A stretch of 64,000 nucleotides of DNA from Patescibacteria group bacterium. GTDB taxonomy: Bacteria > Patescibacteriota > Patescibacteriia > JBAZBY01. This document shows, in pieces, positions 36,912-47,342 of this stretch (position 1 is its first letter; each line of letters begins with the position of its first letter). Below the pieces are notes generated by a model that worked only from the letters and a program-made list of their open reading frames with translations, did not search any database and was not told the DNA's origin. The position numbers and the translations under genes are program-made. The stretch is taken from positions 763,454 through 827,453 of the forward strand of contig JBAZBY010000001.1 in the NCBI GenBank assembly GCA_041671225.1, written 5' to 3'.

Positions 36912-37871
36912 ATGCGCTCCCATACCATAAAGCAGCCCTGGATTGTTCGTGCTTCTGCTATTCATGGCAAGGGTGTGTTTGCGCACCGCGCCATCAAAAA
37001 AAATGAGGAGGTTTTTACCGTGGAGGGACCCAAGATTACCTACCCGGATGAGCCGAACTGGCGCATGGGGCCGGACTGGCTGCATGTCGGGCGGAACACA
37101 TACATCATCGCGTATCCGGATAATCCATGGATTTTTATCAATCACTCCTGTGATCCGAATGCATTGGTAACCAGAGAGTGCCGTGTTGTTGCCCTGCGTC
37201 CACTTCACCCTCGGGAGGAAGTGACCATTGACTACGCATTTGTTGAGGCTGGCACGCAATGGCGTATGCACTGCACCTGCGGTTCTGCACAGTGCCGGCA
37301 TGAGATACGCGGCGTACAGTACCTGCCGAGCCGCAGCGTTCTGCGGTATAAGAACCGCATGCTCCCGTACCTGTACCACGTGTTCCAGCGCCAGAAGGTG
37401 GAGACAATCCGTCGTGGAACGCAGACGTTATTGATTGCCAAGCAAACACTGCACCGCGGCGAGACCGCCTTTGTGGTTGAAGGGCCGGAGATTCGCTATA
37501 CGCTTCCCCCAAACTCACGCCGCGGTTTCTACTGGCTTGGGATCAGTAAGAATAAATGGCTGATTCCGTACCAGAATAATCCATGGAATGTGATGAGGCA
37601 CTCCTGCATGCCGAATGTTGGCATCACGGATGCACATCATGTGAAGGCGCTCTGCACCATCCGTCGCGGTGAAGAGATTACCATTGATGATTCCATCACA
37701 GAGGCAGACCCCAATTGGCAGGTCCAGTGTGTCTGTGGTTCCCCTCACTGCAGAAAGATTGTCCGTTCTATCAATTTTTTGCCGCCCGCATCATTCCGCC
37801 GTGCCATGCCATACATTCCGAGTTATATGCAAAAGGCGTATCGCGCTGCACAAAAAGACATTTTCCCTTGA
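36912..37871 (+). CDS. Tandem SET/post-SET domain protein
   Basis: GKGVFA, INHSCDPN, EEVTIDY, CTCGSAQC; second copy MRHSCMPN, EEITIDD, CVCGSPHC. Confidence 0.85.
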   Translation: MRSHTIKQPWIVRASAIHGKGVFAHRAIKKNEEVFTVEGPKITYPDEPNWRMGPDWLHVGRNTYIIAYPDNPWIFINHSCDPNALVTRECRVVALRPLHPREEVTIDYAFVEAGTQWRMHCTCGSAQCRHEIRGVQYLPSRSVLRYKNRMLPYLYHVFQRQKVETIRRGTQTLLIAKQTLHRGETAFVVEGPEIRYTLPPNSRRGFYWLGISKNKWLIPYQNNPWNVMRHSCMPNVGITDAHHVKALCTIRRGEEITIDDSITEADPNWQVQCVCGSPHCRKIVRSINFLPPASFRRAMPYIPSYMQKAYRAAQKDIFP

Positions 37872-37961
37872 CGCCCGCGCGTTTTCCTGTATAATACGCA
37901 GCTGTTACTAGCAAGAGAGACTCACACGCCAGCTCTCAGATAGCTGAGGTTTTTGAAGATT

Positions 37962-39743
37962 ATGGACATCCGCAATATTGCCATCATCGCCCACGTGGAC
38001 CACGGAAAAACAACGCTCACAGACGCGTTGCTTCGCCAAACCGGCATGACCGACGAGACAAAAAGCATGGATTCAAACGCGCTTGAACAAGAGCGCGGCA
38101 TTACCATTTATGCAAAGAACACCTCACTTTTTTATCAAGACACCAAGATCAACATCGTGGACACCCCTGGGCACGCTGACTTTGGTTCTGAGGTAGAACG
38201 CGTGCTTCGCTCCATTGATTGCGTTTTGCTCGTGGTGGACGCGCAAGAAGGCCCTATGCCCCAGACGCGCTATGTGCTCAAGAAGTCTCTGGAACTGGGC
38301 CTTAAGCCTATTGTCGTTATTAATAAGATAGATAAACCGGCAGCGCGTATTCCGGAGGTTGAGGAAATGATCCTGGAGCTGTTCATGGATCTGGGCGCGA
38401 ATGACGAGCAGCTGAACTTCCCCCATGTGTATTCCATTGGTTCGCAAGGCATTGCAAAGCGCGCACTTACGGATGATTCAAAGGACCTCACCCCGCTCCT
38501 GGATATGATTCTTGAAAAGGTTCCGGTTGCGCCGCATGACATCTTCGTGCCGCTCCGCATGCAGCCTTTTAATCTTGCGTATGATGATTACCTCGGCCGC
38601 ATGGGCATTGGCCGCATCTATGAAGGCGTCATCACGCAGGGTGAAACAGTGGTGATAAAAACACCCGCAGGGGAATCCCGCACCGGCAATATCACCAAGC
38701 TGTATACATTTCATGGGACGGATCGCAAGGATGTTGCACAAGCAGAAGCGGGGGATATTGTGATGATTGCAGGGATCGAAGACATCGACATCGGCGAAAC
38801 CGTGTGCCATGACGAAGCACAAGTGCCGCTTGCCGCTATTCATGTGGATGAGCCGACCATCTCCGTCCACTTCATGGTGAACAATTCACCATTTGCGGGA
38901 AGGGATGGAAAATTCGTCACCAACAGCCAACTCAAGGAGCGCCTGGAAAAAGAACTTGAAGTGAACGTGGGATTGAAGATCGATTTTTCTGATAAGGATT
39001 TTTATAAGGTCTACGGCCGCGGCGAAATGCACATTGCCATTCTTTTGGAACAGATGCGCCGCGAGGGCTATGAAATGCAGGTTTCCCAGCCGCATGCGAT
39101 CTTTAAGGAAGAAAACGGCAAACGTCTGGAGCCTTTTGAGCAAATGACCATCGATATTCCCAATGCAATGTCCGGCACGGTGATTGAGAAGCTGCAACGC
39201 CGCAAAGGCGTGATGACCAAGATGCACGCCGCGGATACCACGCGCCTCACGTTTGAGATCCCAACACGCGGCTTGCTTGGATATCGCGGTGAGTTCGTTG
39301 TGGATACCAAAGGCGAGGGAATCATGGCAGCGGAGGGTTTGGGGTTTCGCTCATATGCCGGAGAGATCGAATCGCGCGATGTTGGTTCTATGGTTTCCAT
39401 GATATCCGGCAAAGCGCTTGGTTATGCGCTGTACAATCTGCAAAATCGTGGCCAGCTCTACATTCACCCGAATATTGAAGTCTATGAAGGCATGGTGATC
39501 GGCAACACCTCCAAAGGTGATGACATGGCTGTGAATCCCATCAAGGGGAAGCAGCTCACGAACATGCGTTCTTCTGGTACAGATGAGGCCATAAACCTCG
39601 TTACGCCGATCGAGCTTACGATCGAGCGCGGCTTAGAACTCATGAGCGGGGATGAATATTTGGAGATCACTCCACACAACGTCCGACTTCGCAAACAACA
39701 CCTCACTGCAGAGGCTCGCGTGAAGGCCCAGAAGGTAGTGTAA
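37962..39743 (+). CDS. typA: Translational GTPase TypA/BipA
   Basis: [48 protein letters not shown]. Confidence 0.96.
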   Translation: MDIRNIAIIAHVDHGKTTLTDALLRQTGMTDETKSMDSNALEQERGITIYAKNTSLFYQDTKINIVDTPGHADFGSEVERVLRSIDCVLLVVDAQEGPMPQTRYVLKKSLELGLKPIVVINKIDKPAARIPEVEEMILELFMDLGANDEQLNFPHVYSIGSQGIAKRALTDDSKDLTPLLDMILEKVPVAPHDIFVPLRMQPFNLAYDDYLGRMGIGRIYEGVITQGETVVIKTPAGESRTGNITKLYTFHGTDRKDVAQAEAGDIVMIAGIEDIDIGETVCHDEAQVPLAAIHVDEPTISVHFMVNNSPFAGRDGKFVTNSQLKERLEKELEVNVGLKIDFSDKDFYKVYGRGEMHIAILLEQMRREGYEMQVSQPHAIFKEENGKRLEPFEQMTIDIPNAMSGTVIEKLQRRKGVMTKMHAADTTRLTFEIPTRGLLGYRGEFVVDTKGEGIMAAEGLGFRSYAGEIESRDVGSMVSMISGKALGYALYNLQNRGQLYIHPNIEVYEGMVIGNTSKGDDMAVNPIKGKQLTNMRSSGTDEAINLVTPIELTIERGLELMSGDEYLEITPHNVRLRKQHLTAEARVKAQKVV

Positions 39744-39832
39744 GGACACTGAAATAAATACCCCATAGTCGGTGTAACAAGGATGAGCGTATAAAAGCTC
39801 ATTGTTCCTTCCTTATTCACTATTTTTTATAC

Positions 39833-41194
39833 ATGAGCGTTTTGAAGCGCGGGGTGAAAAATACCTTCCGCAACGGGATACGAACAATATCTGTTACCGC
39901 TATTTTGGCCATAAGCATCGCATTATCATTGGTCATGCTGCTTTCCTATCAGGCCGTGGAGGGACGGATTACTGAGGTGAAGTCGTCCATTGGCAATATC
40001 ATTACCGTGACGCCGGCGGGCTCACGCGGCTTTTTTGGTGGCGGGGAACCGCTGACGAATGATACTGTTGCGGCCATAAAAAACACCGCGCACGTCAGCA
40101 AGGTTCAGGCAACGCTTTCCAGTCAGCTCACAACGGATAGTACAACGAATTTGGAATCAGGCATGGATGCTGGCACGCTTGGCGAGCGGAGATTTGGCGG
40201 ACAAGACGGCGGTCCCGTTCCGCCGGACGGTCAGGTGAGCACGGGCACATTCACGCTGCCAATTTTTAGCGTGGGTGTTGATGATGTTGCGAACGCGCGT
40301 GCCATCAGCGGCAGTGCCATTACCATTGCTTCTGGCAGCGCATTTGATGCAAGCAGCAGTGATCGTGAAGCACTCATTGGTTCTGGTATTGCAGAAAAGA
40401 ATGAGCTTTCTGTTGGTGCTACCTTCACCGCATATGATGAGGAAATTATTGTTGCGGGTATTTTGGATACTGCGGATAACCGTTTTGCGGAGAACGTGGT
40501 TGTTTTTCCATTGGCGACATTGCAGGAACTGGCAGGACTTGATGGTGAGGTTTCTGATGCGACGGTGCAAGTAGATTCTATTGAGAATATGGATGCGACG
40601 GTTTCGGCGCTTCAGGCCACGCTTGGCGACATTGCGGACGTTGTGAGTCAACAGGATACAGCCGCAAGCGCGTTGGAGCCGCTACAAAATATTCGCGGCG
40701 TGACGCTTGCAAGTTTGTTCGGGGCACTTGGTGCTGGCGCGGTGATCCTCTTTCTCACGATGTTGATGGTTGTGCGGGAGCGGCGCCGTGAGATCGGCGT
40801 GATGAAGGCGATCGGGGCGCCCACAAGCAGTATCGTTACCCAGTTCTTCACCGAAGGTGTGACGTTCACCGTACTCGGTGGTATTTTTGGCACTATTTTG
40901 GGCGTGGTACTGGCAAATCCGGTACTTGGCGCATTGGTAAAAAGCAGCACCGGCACAACGGGCACACCAACAGAAGGCATTGCCAGGATCGCTGGCGGAC
41001 CGGGCGGGGGATTTGCACGGGCGTTTGAGACCATCAACCTTCGCGGTACGCTGGATAATTTGACGGCTGCCGTGAGCTGGGAAGTGGCACTCTATGCGGT
41101 ACTTGCCGTACTCGTGATTGCCGCTCTTGGTAGTATGATTCCTTCATTCTTTATTGCTCGGGTTCGCCCGGCGGAGGTTATGCGCAATGAATAA
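39833..41194 (+). CDS. MacB/FtsX-family ABC permease
   Basis: VRERRREIGVMKAIGA motif; TM pattern; C-terminal RPAEVMR. Confidence 0.88.
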   Translation: MSVLKRGVKNTFRNGIRTISVTAILAISIALSLVMLLSYQAVEGRITEVKSSIGNIITVTPAGSRGFFGGGEPLTNDTVAAIKNTAHVSKVQATLSSQLTTDSTTNLESGMDAGTLGERRFGGQDGGPVPPDGQVSTGTFTLPIFSVGVDDVANARAISGSAITIASGSAFDASSSDREALIGSGIAEKNELSVGATFTAYDEEIIVAGILDTADNRFAENVVVFPLATLQELAGLDGEVSDATVQVDSIENMDATVSALQATLGDIADVVSQQDTAASALEPLQNIRGVTLASLFGALGAGAVILFLTMLMVVRERRREIGVMKAIGAPTSSIVTQFFTEGVTFTVLGGIFGTILGVVLANPVLGALVKSSTGTTGTPTEGIARIAGGPGGGFARAFETINLRGTLDNLTAAVSWEVALYAVLAVLVIAALGSMIPSFFIARVRPAEVMRNE

Positions 41195-41861
41195 CGTTCT
41201 ACAGGTAGAAAAATTAGATAAGAAGTTTCAGACAGGGGAACACACCGTGCACGCCGTGCGCGACGCGTCGTTTGGCATTCCTCAAGGATCGGTCACGGCT
41301 ATTGTCGGCGCGAGCGGCAGCGGAAAGAGCACGCTTCTGGCATTACTGGGTTCTTTGGATGTGCCGGATAGCGGTACGATCACCATGGATGAACAAGAAG
41401 TGACCAAACTTTCTGATCACGCATTGATCAAATACCGTAACAAGAAGATCGGGTTCGTGTTTCAGGCGTATGAATTGATCCCCAATCTCACTGCGCTTGA
41501 AAATGTGATGTTACCCATGGAATTTGCGCATAGTAAAAGACATGAGCAGCAACACCGTGCGGAAAAACTGTTGCATCAGGTGGGTTTGAACAAACAACAG
41601 ATGGAACGCACCCCTCGCAAACTTTCAGGCGGTGAGCAGCAGCGCGTGGCTATTGCACGCGCACTGGCCAATGCGCCGCGCATGATCCTTGCAGATGAGC
41701 CAACAGGGAACCTGGACAGCAATACCGGCAAAAAGATTCTGGAGCTGCTCAAAGGACTCGCCAAAGATGAGAACACTGCGGTGATCATTGTGACGCATGA
41801 TCAGTCGATTGCGAGCCAGGCAGACCGCGTGTTGCACATAAAAGACGGCAAGATAGCATAG
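41187..41861 (+). CDS. ABC transporter ATP-binding protein
   Basis: [25 protein letters not shown]. Confidence 0.92.
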   Translation: MNNVLQVEKLDKKFQTGEHTVHAVRDASFGIPQGSVTAIVGASGSGKSTLLALLGSLDVPDSGTITMDEQEVTKLSDHALIKYRNKKIGFVFQAYELIPNLTALENVMLPMEFAHSKRHEQQHRAEKLLHQVGLNKQQMERTPRKLSGGEQQRVAIARALANAPRMILADEPTGNLDSNTGKKILELLKGLAKDENTAVIIVTHDQSIASQADRVLHIKDGKIA

Positions 41862-41946
41862 CCATTCTATACGTGTGGGGATAATGTGTCATAGCCAGTA
41901 TGTCTTTTTTTGGTATACTGGGCATACTATTAGTAAGAAAGAATCT

Positions 41947-42465
41947 ATGAATAAGACCATTCTCATTGTCATTGGTGTGCTTATCATTGGCGGCGTTGGC
42001 GCATGGGCAAGCGGCGTCTTTAAGGAAAAAGTATCGGAAAGTATCATTGAAAATACCATCGAATCGCAGTCTGGTGACGACGTCGATGTTGACCTTGATC
42101 TCTCAGGTGAGGAGACAACGATCAACGTGAATGGGTCAACATTGAATCTTGGAACAGATGTGGACCTCCCTTCTGATTTTCCCAATGATGTGTATATTCC
42201 CGATGATGCGGAGATACTTGCAGTTGCAAATATAGAAGTTGGTGCCTATACCGTCAGTATGACAAGCGATCGCGATGTTGCGGATCTGCGCCAGGATTAT
42301 GAAACCCAACAGTCGTCAGACGGCTGGGTGATTGGCAGCACAATAACCGTCGGTGAAGGAGTCTCGCTTATCTGGGAAAAGAATGACCGCATGATGAGCG
42401 TGAATATCATAGAAAGCGATGACGGGACCACTGCCATCGGGCTTTCTGTCGGTTCATCGTCATAA
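41947..42465 (+). CDS. Hypothetical exported/membrane-anchored protein
   Basis: N-terminal TM, acidic domain with LPSDFPNDV motif. Confidence 0.7.
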   Translation: MNKTILIVIGVLIIGGVGAWASGVFKEKVSESIIENTIESQSGDDVDVDLDLSGEETTINVNGSTLNLGTDVDLPSDFPNDVYIPDDAEILAVANIEVGAYTVSMTSDRDVADLRQDYETQQSSDGWVIGSTITVGEGVSLIWEKNDRMMSVNIIESDDGTTAIGLSVGSSS

Positions 42466-42485
42466 GACGCATACGACCATATACA

Positions 42486-42514
42486 TGGCGCCCCCGCAAA
42501 GCGGGGGCGCTTTT
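42486..42514. terminator. Terminator between convergent genes
   Basis: gcgcccccgc-aaa-gcgggggcgc then TTTT. Confidence 0.7.
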
Positions 42515-42524
42515 GGTTTTTATT

Positions 42525-45053
42525 CTAGTGAGCGGATGCTGCCCTGCGCGCGCTCATTCGGTAGTAAAGCAATTTTACGCCTTCGGTAACGCCCAGATAC
42601 ACAAGGGCAATCGCGAGAATAATGCCAAGGTCGGCAAGCTCAGGGGGTTCAAATTTGAACAGTGTTTGCCCAAAGCCGGTAAATGGAATCACGAGCGTGA
42701 CAAGGATCGCGAGAAGTGAAAGCCATATGACGATACCCGCCGGGCGCTTTGCGCGGAACATTGGCAGGCGCGTGCGAATAGAAAAGAGGAGGAGGAGTTC
42801 AGTCAGTACGCTTGCAATGAACCAATTCGTTTGCAGCACCGCGGCGCCCATGCCGACGAACGTGGCAAAAACAAGAAAATCAAAGAATGAACTCACAAGC
42901 CCAAGCACGCTTGCAGAAAGCGCAATATCTTTCACATTATACGCGCGCGGGCTCTTAAGCTCTTCTTTATCAACCGTGTCTGCTGCGATGGCGATCATCG
43001 GGAAGTCAGAGAGAAGGTTGAGTAAGAGGATCTGCACGGGAAGCATCGGCAGAAAGGGGATGAGCAGTGATGCGACTGCCACGGCATAAAAGTTTCCAAA
43101 ATTTGACGTCAGTGTTGCCCGGATGTATTTGGTGGTATTCGCAAAGATTTCCCGACCTTCACAAATTCCATCCACAATCACCTTAAGATTCTTCTTGAGA
43201 AGGACGATATCCGCGGTGTCTCGCGCAATATCCGATGCATGATCCACGGCCAGCGCCACATGCGCCACTTTGAGCGCAGGCGCGTCATTGATCCCTTCTC
43301 CCAAAAAACCAACAAGCTTATCTTCCTTGAGCAGGGATATGATGGAAAATTTGTCCTGCGGCGTCGTGCGGGCAAAGACCGCTTTCTCGTGCACTGCGCG
43401 ATGTTTTTCCGTTTCTGTGAGCGCATTGAACTGCTCTCCTGTGAGAACATGCGTCGGGTCGGTCAGAAGGCCGATTTCCTTCCCGACCGCGCCTGCAACG
43501 GCAGCGCTGTCTCCGGTGAGGATCACGATTCGTACGCCTAATGCTTTGGCGCGGCTCACCGCCTCCGGCGTTGTCTTCTTCACCGGGTCAACAAAAGCGA
43601 TCAATCCGCTGAAGGTGATGTTTTTTACATCAGAAAGCGTTTCAGGGATGTGCGGCACTGTTGCTTTCCCAACGGCGAGAACGCGTCTTCCAAGAAATCC
43701 TTGTGCGTCAATCCATGCGTATGCATCCTTACTTTCATGCGCAGAAAGGTTCGCTGCGGCAAGCAGCGTCTCTGGTGCACCGCGCAGAATAACCTGCTGC
43801 GATTTGCCTTGTTTGATGCAAACACCGTTGCTGCGTGCAACAGGATCAAATGGATAGATACGCAGTGGTTTTTCATTTTCAAAACTCGCGCGCGATGCTT
43901 CTGGCAAAGCTGCAAAGAGTGCAAGGTCAAATGCGTTATTTGCTTCGTGCTTCACGCTAAAAGAACTTGCCGCTTGCGCTGCAAAGGTAAGGAGCTCTGC
44001 TTTTTCCGTTTCCCCGTATGTCTCAGCCACCGTCAATGTATTCTCCGTGAGTGTCCCTGTTTTATCCGTACAAAGCACTTCAATGCTCCCAAGGTCCTCA
44101 ACAGCAGAAAGTCTTTTGACCACGACTTTATTTGCAGCGAGCCTGCGCGCGCCGCGTGAAAAAGAGAATGTCATCACAACAGGCAATGCTTCTGGCGTCA
44201 CACTGACGGCAAGGGCTATTGAGAAGATGATAAGTTCAATGATGTTTGTTTCTCCGCGATGAATAGCGAGATTCGCGATAAAGATGAACACCAACGTGAT
44301 GCCTATCAATTGGAGAATAAAGGTACTGATGCGGCCGATGCCGATGCTGAACGCGCTCTTCTTTTCTGTTTCTGTTGTCAGTTTTGCGATACTGCCCACA
44401 GCCGTTTGATTCCCCGTGGCACACACAACGCCCGTGGCACTTCCCGATGATAGCGTTGTGCCGGAAAAACCAATATTCGACGCTGCAAAAATGTCCTTTG
44501 GCGCAGCGGCAAGGGGGTCCGCATGTTTACTCACAGGAGCGGACTCCCCCGTAAAGACGGATTCATCTACGGCAAGCCCTTGAACATCGATAAAACGAAG
44601 GTCGGCAGGAATGCGGTCGCCTGGTTCCAGCAACACAATATCTCCTGGCACAAGCTCTGCAACGGGTATGCGCACAATAGCGTCATTGCGCCGCACATGG
44701 CACTGCTGTGCAATGACGCGAGAAAGAAGGTTTGCTGTCTGTTCTGAACGGTATTCCTGAAAAAATCCAAGCGCCGCGTTAATGAGGATAAAAAGAAGGA
44801 TAAGGATACCATCAAAGAGTCCGCCGAGTGCAAAAGAGAGCACTGCCGCAGCAGCAAGGAGGTAGAGAAAGGGTGAACGAAATTGACGGAAAAAAATTCC
44901 AAAAATAGAGGTGCGATGCGTCGCAATGGTGTTGGGGCCATATTGCGCAAGCCGTGTTGTTGCCTCAGCTGCGGTGAGGCCCTGAGGCGTGCTCCGAAGC
45001 GTTGTGAGAACGTCTGGTGCAGGAGGTGTTGCAAATGATGTATACGTTGCCAT
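42525..45053 (-). CDS. Cation-transporting P-type ATPase (MgtA-like Mg2+ importer)
   Basis: TGES, TPEALP, DKTGTLT, TGD, GINDAPAL, SNFGN. Confidence 0.88.
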   Translation of the reverse strand: MATYTSFATPPAPDVLTTLRSTPQGLTAAEATTRLAQYGPNTIATHRTSIFGIFFRQFRSPFLYLLAAAAVLSFALGGLFDGILILLFILINAALGFFQEYRSEQTANLLSRVIAQQCHVRRNDAIVRIPVAELVPGDIVLLEPGDRIPADLRFIDVQGLAVDESVFTGESAPVSKHADPLAAAPKDIFAASNIGFSGTTLSSGSATGVVCATGNQTAVGSIAKLTTETEKKSAFSIGIGRISTFILQLIGITLVFIFIANLAIHRGETNIIELIIFSIALAVSVTPEALPVVMTFSFSRGARRLAANKVVVKRLSAVEDLGSIEVLCTDKTGTLTENTLTVAETYGETEKAELLTFAAQAASSFSVKHEANNAFDLALFAALPEASRASFENEKPLRIYPFDPVARSNGVCIKQGKSQQVILRGAPETLLAAANLSAHESKDAYAWIDAQGFLGRRVLAVGKATVPHIPETLSDVKNITFSGLIAFVDPVKKTTPEAVSRAKALGVRIVILTGDSAAVAGAVGKEIGLLTDPTHVLTGEQFNALTETEKHRAVHEKAVFARTTPQDKFSIISLLKEDKLVGFLGEGINDAPALKVAHVALAVDHASDIARDTADIVLLKKNLKVIVDGICEGREIFANTTKYIRATLTSNFGNFYAVAVASLLIPFLPMLPVQILLLNLLSDFPMIAIAADTVDKEELKSPRAYNVKDIALSASVLGLVSSFFDFLVFATFVGMGAAVLQTNWFIASVLTELLLLFSIRTRLPMFRAKRPAGIVIWLSLLAILVTLVIPFTGFGQTLFKFEPPELADLGIILAIALVYLGVTEGVKLLYYRMSARRAASAH

Positions 45054-45177
45054 AGAGCTATGCGTAGTATCTCGCTTTTGTAGCAGAAAGACAAGGAATA
45101 TTTTTTGAAAAAGAAGAAGCCCCGAGTCCTCCAAGGTCGGGGCATTCAAGGCGGTATGAAAAACGAAAGGTGCTGCA

Positions 45178-45978
45178 TCACTGGTAGCGAGACTTGAGCA
45201 GTCCCCAGGTCGTGGGCTGCACCGGCGTGGGCTTCGCGTTCAGCGACAGCTGATACGTGCCGGTCTCGTTGTAGGCGCTGTATGCCAGCACCGTGTAGAG
45301 ACCGGACGCCGGAAGGTAGACCCTGTCGATGAGCCCGTTACCAGGCTTGCCGAGAAGAGTGCCATCCAACCGGTAGAGTTCGAGTCGCGGATTGACGCCG
45401 CTACCCTCGCCATACCGCACCATACTCACAGTGACGGAATCTCCGGCTACGCCCTGGAACTGGTAGGTGTGCGTAGTCCCGCACCCATCGATGCTCTTGA
45501 TCCAAGTGTAGCCCGGTTCCAGGAGTTCGATCTGTCCCTCGGGGGCGCTGGTCCGCTGCAGCGTGATGCTGAACTGACCGCCGCCGCTGTAGTTCACATC
45601 GTGCGTGGTGATGATGTGCTTCCCGGAATTGGCAAGGCGAATGTCGGTGAGAGCGAGACGAAGCGACCAACTGCAGTGGTTACTGTTGAGACCAGAGGCG
45701 TTCTGACGCACAAGGTTCCCGTTGGAATCCTTGATTTCGGACGCGAGGTCAAAGCAGCAGCATCCAGGCCTGCAATTGCCGCCGTAGTCACTGCACCACG
45801 TCACGAACATAACGACGCGGTCACCGGCATTGCCGTCGAATGAGAGCGAATCGATGCTTCCGTTGCACACGGAACGTCTGTACAGCGTGTCCCCGAAGTT
45901 GATCGGATCCACCCTGGCAGTCGCCGGCGCAGCGATAAGCACTGCGAACAGAACGAGGAAAAGAACGCATTTCGTCAT
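45178..45978 (-). CDS. Secreted protein with PPC-like domains and C-terminal TWGxxKxxY tail
   Basis: Signal peptide, two repeated beta domains (F.G.AGD.V), ends PTPVQPTTWGLLKSRYQ; SD AAGGAG. Confidence 0.7.
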   Translation of the reverse strand: MTKCVLFLVLFAVLIAAPATARVDPINFGDTLYRRSVCNGSIDSLSFDGNAGDRVVMFVTWCSDYGGNCRPGCCCFDLASEIKDSNGNLVRQNASGLNSNHCSWSLRLALTDIRLANSGKHIITTHDVNYSGGGQFSITLQRTSAPEGQIELLEPGYTWIKSIDGCGTTHTYQFQGVAGDSVTVSMVRYGEGSGVNPRLELYRLDGTLLGKPGNGLIDRVYLPASGLYTVLAYSAYNETGTYQLSLNAKPTPVQPTTWGLLKSRYQ

Positions 45979-46134
45979 AGCCGAGCTCCTTATGGAGGTT
46001 CATGTGGAAGGGCGAACTACACATTCTTTAGCAAATAGATATACCCTTGTCAATGTGTTATGCATTGCCTTCACTATCCCTCTTTTTTAGTGTATTCTTA
46101 GTGCGCTCATTCGTTTGCAATTAAGGGAAAATCT

Positions 46135-46590
46135 ATGACTTCCAGGCCATTTTTTCTGCTCATTTTATACTTCAGCGTCCTTGGTTCACTTCTTTCTGGA
46201 TACCTTTCTTACAACACGTTATTTCGATCCGAAGGATGCGGGCAGGCATTGATCACCTGCGGTGAAAAGCCAGTGGAATTCTTTGGTGTGAGTCAGTGCA
46301 TCTATGGCTTCATTTTCTTTGTGATCGTGCTTGTGGTGAGTATTTTGGGACTCACAATGAAGGATCGCGCAAAAAAGCTCATGAGCCTTGAGGTCTATCT
46401 TGGCATTGCGGGCACTCTTTTTGCTGGAGGCCTCTCATACTATGAATTGTGGATCCAAACACCAAAGCCCATGTCGATGCCATCGTGCGTGTATGGTTTC
46501 TTCTTATTCGGCGGTGTTCTGCTCACGGCATACCTTGCAAAGCAGGCACTGTTTTCATCAACAAATAATGCATCATATGACGGAGCCTAA
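46135..46590 (+). CDS. VKOR-like membrane protein (tentative)
   Basis: 4 TM, paired loop cysteines, PSC in last TM (CxxC partly degenerate). Confidence 0.5.
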   Translation: MTSRPFFLLILYFSVLGSLLSGYLSYNTLFRSEGCGQALITCGEKPVEFFGVSQCIYGFIFFVIVLVVSILGLTMKDRAKKLMSLEVYLGIAGTLFAGGLSYYELWIQTPKPMSMPSCVYGFFLFGGVLLTAYLAKQALFSSTNNASYDGA

Positions 46591-47326
46591 CGAATTACCA
46601 GGGGGAGCAGTGAAAGAAGAAAAGAAAAACGAACCGCAGCCGACTATAGATGAAGGAGGCAAAAAGAAAAAACGGCGTGTGTGGCCGTGGGTGACCCTTG
46701 GTGTTGTTATTGTGGTTCTCATTGTGCTTGTTGCCGTATCGGGTTTGTATTCCATACCCTTGCTCTCTGATCTTTTTGGCGCAGGTAATCCAAAGGATCT
46801 CGGAGTGACATATACAGAACAAGATGTTGCAAGTGCGGAAAAGAAGTTACTTTTTAATCTTAAGGGTACCTCAGAGGGGTATTCTCTCTTTAGCAATATG
46901 GAGTATGAAGGCAGTAAAGATGTTGATCAAACGCTAACATCATCAGAGCTTACTGCTTTTGCAAATACCTATATTCCGGATAATGACCTCTTCTCAAATA
47001 TGCAACTGAAAGTACGTGATGGAGGCATGGAAGTAAGTCTGCATGTTACGCCATACATAAATGCACCGGTGTATATTGCCGGGGATATTGCTAAAGCATC
47101 TGAAAAAGGAATTGCGTTGGATCTCACTGCACTCAAGGTTGGTCTGCTGCCTATTCCTGGAAATATCCTGCAACAAGTTGAAGACTTTGCAGAAGGCGTT
47201 ATCAATGACCGTATGCAGGACATCGATGGCTTCACCATAGAGACGTTGGAATTCACTGATGACGGTATTGTCTTTACGGGGACACATCCGAAGAGTAAAA
47301 CTCTCTCAGAAGGAGATTGGCTTTAA
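46577..47326 (+). CDS. Hypothetical membrane-anchored protein
   Basis: Basic stretch plus TM followed by soluble domain. Confidence 0.65.
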   Translation: MTEPNELPGGAVKEEKKNEPQPTIDEGGKKKKRRVWPWVTLGVVIVVLIVLVAVSGLYSIPLLSDLFGAGNPKDLGVTYTEQDVASAEKKLLFNLKGTSEGYSLFSNMEYEGSKDVDQTLTSSELTAFANTYIPDNDLFSNMQLKVRDGGMEVSLHVTPYINAPVYIAGDIAKASEKGIALDLTALKVGLLPIPGNILQQVEDFAEGVINDRMQDIDGFTIETLEFTDDGIVFTGTHPKSKTLSEGDWL

Positions 47327-47342
47327 TACGTAACCAAATACT

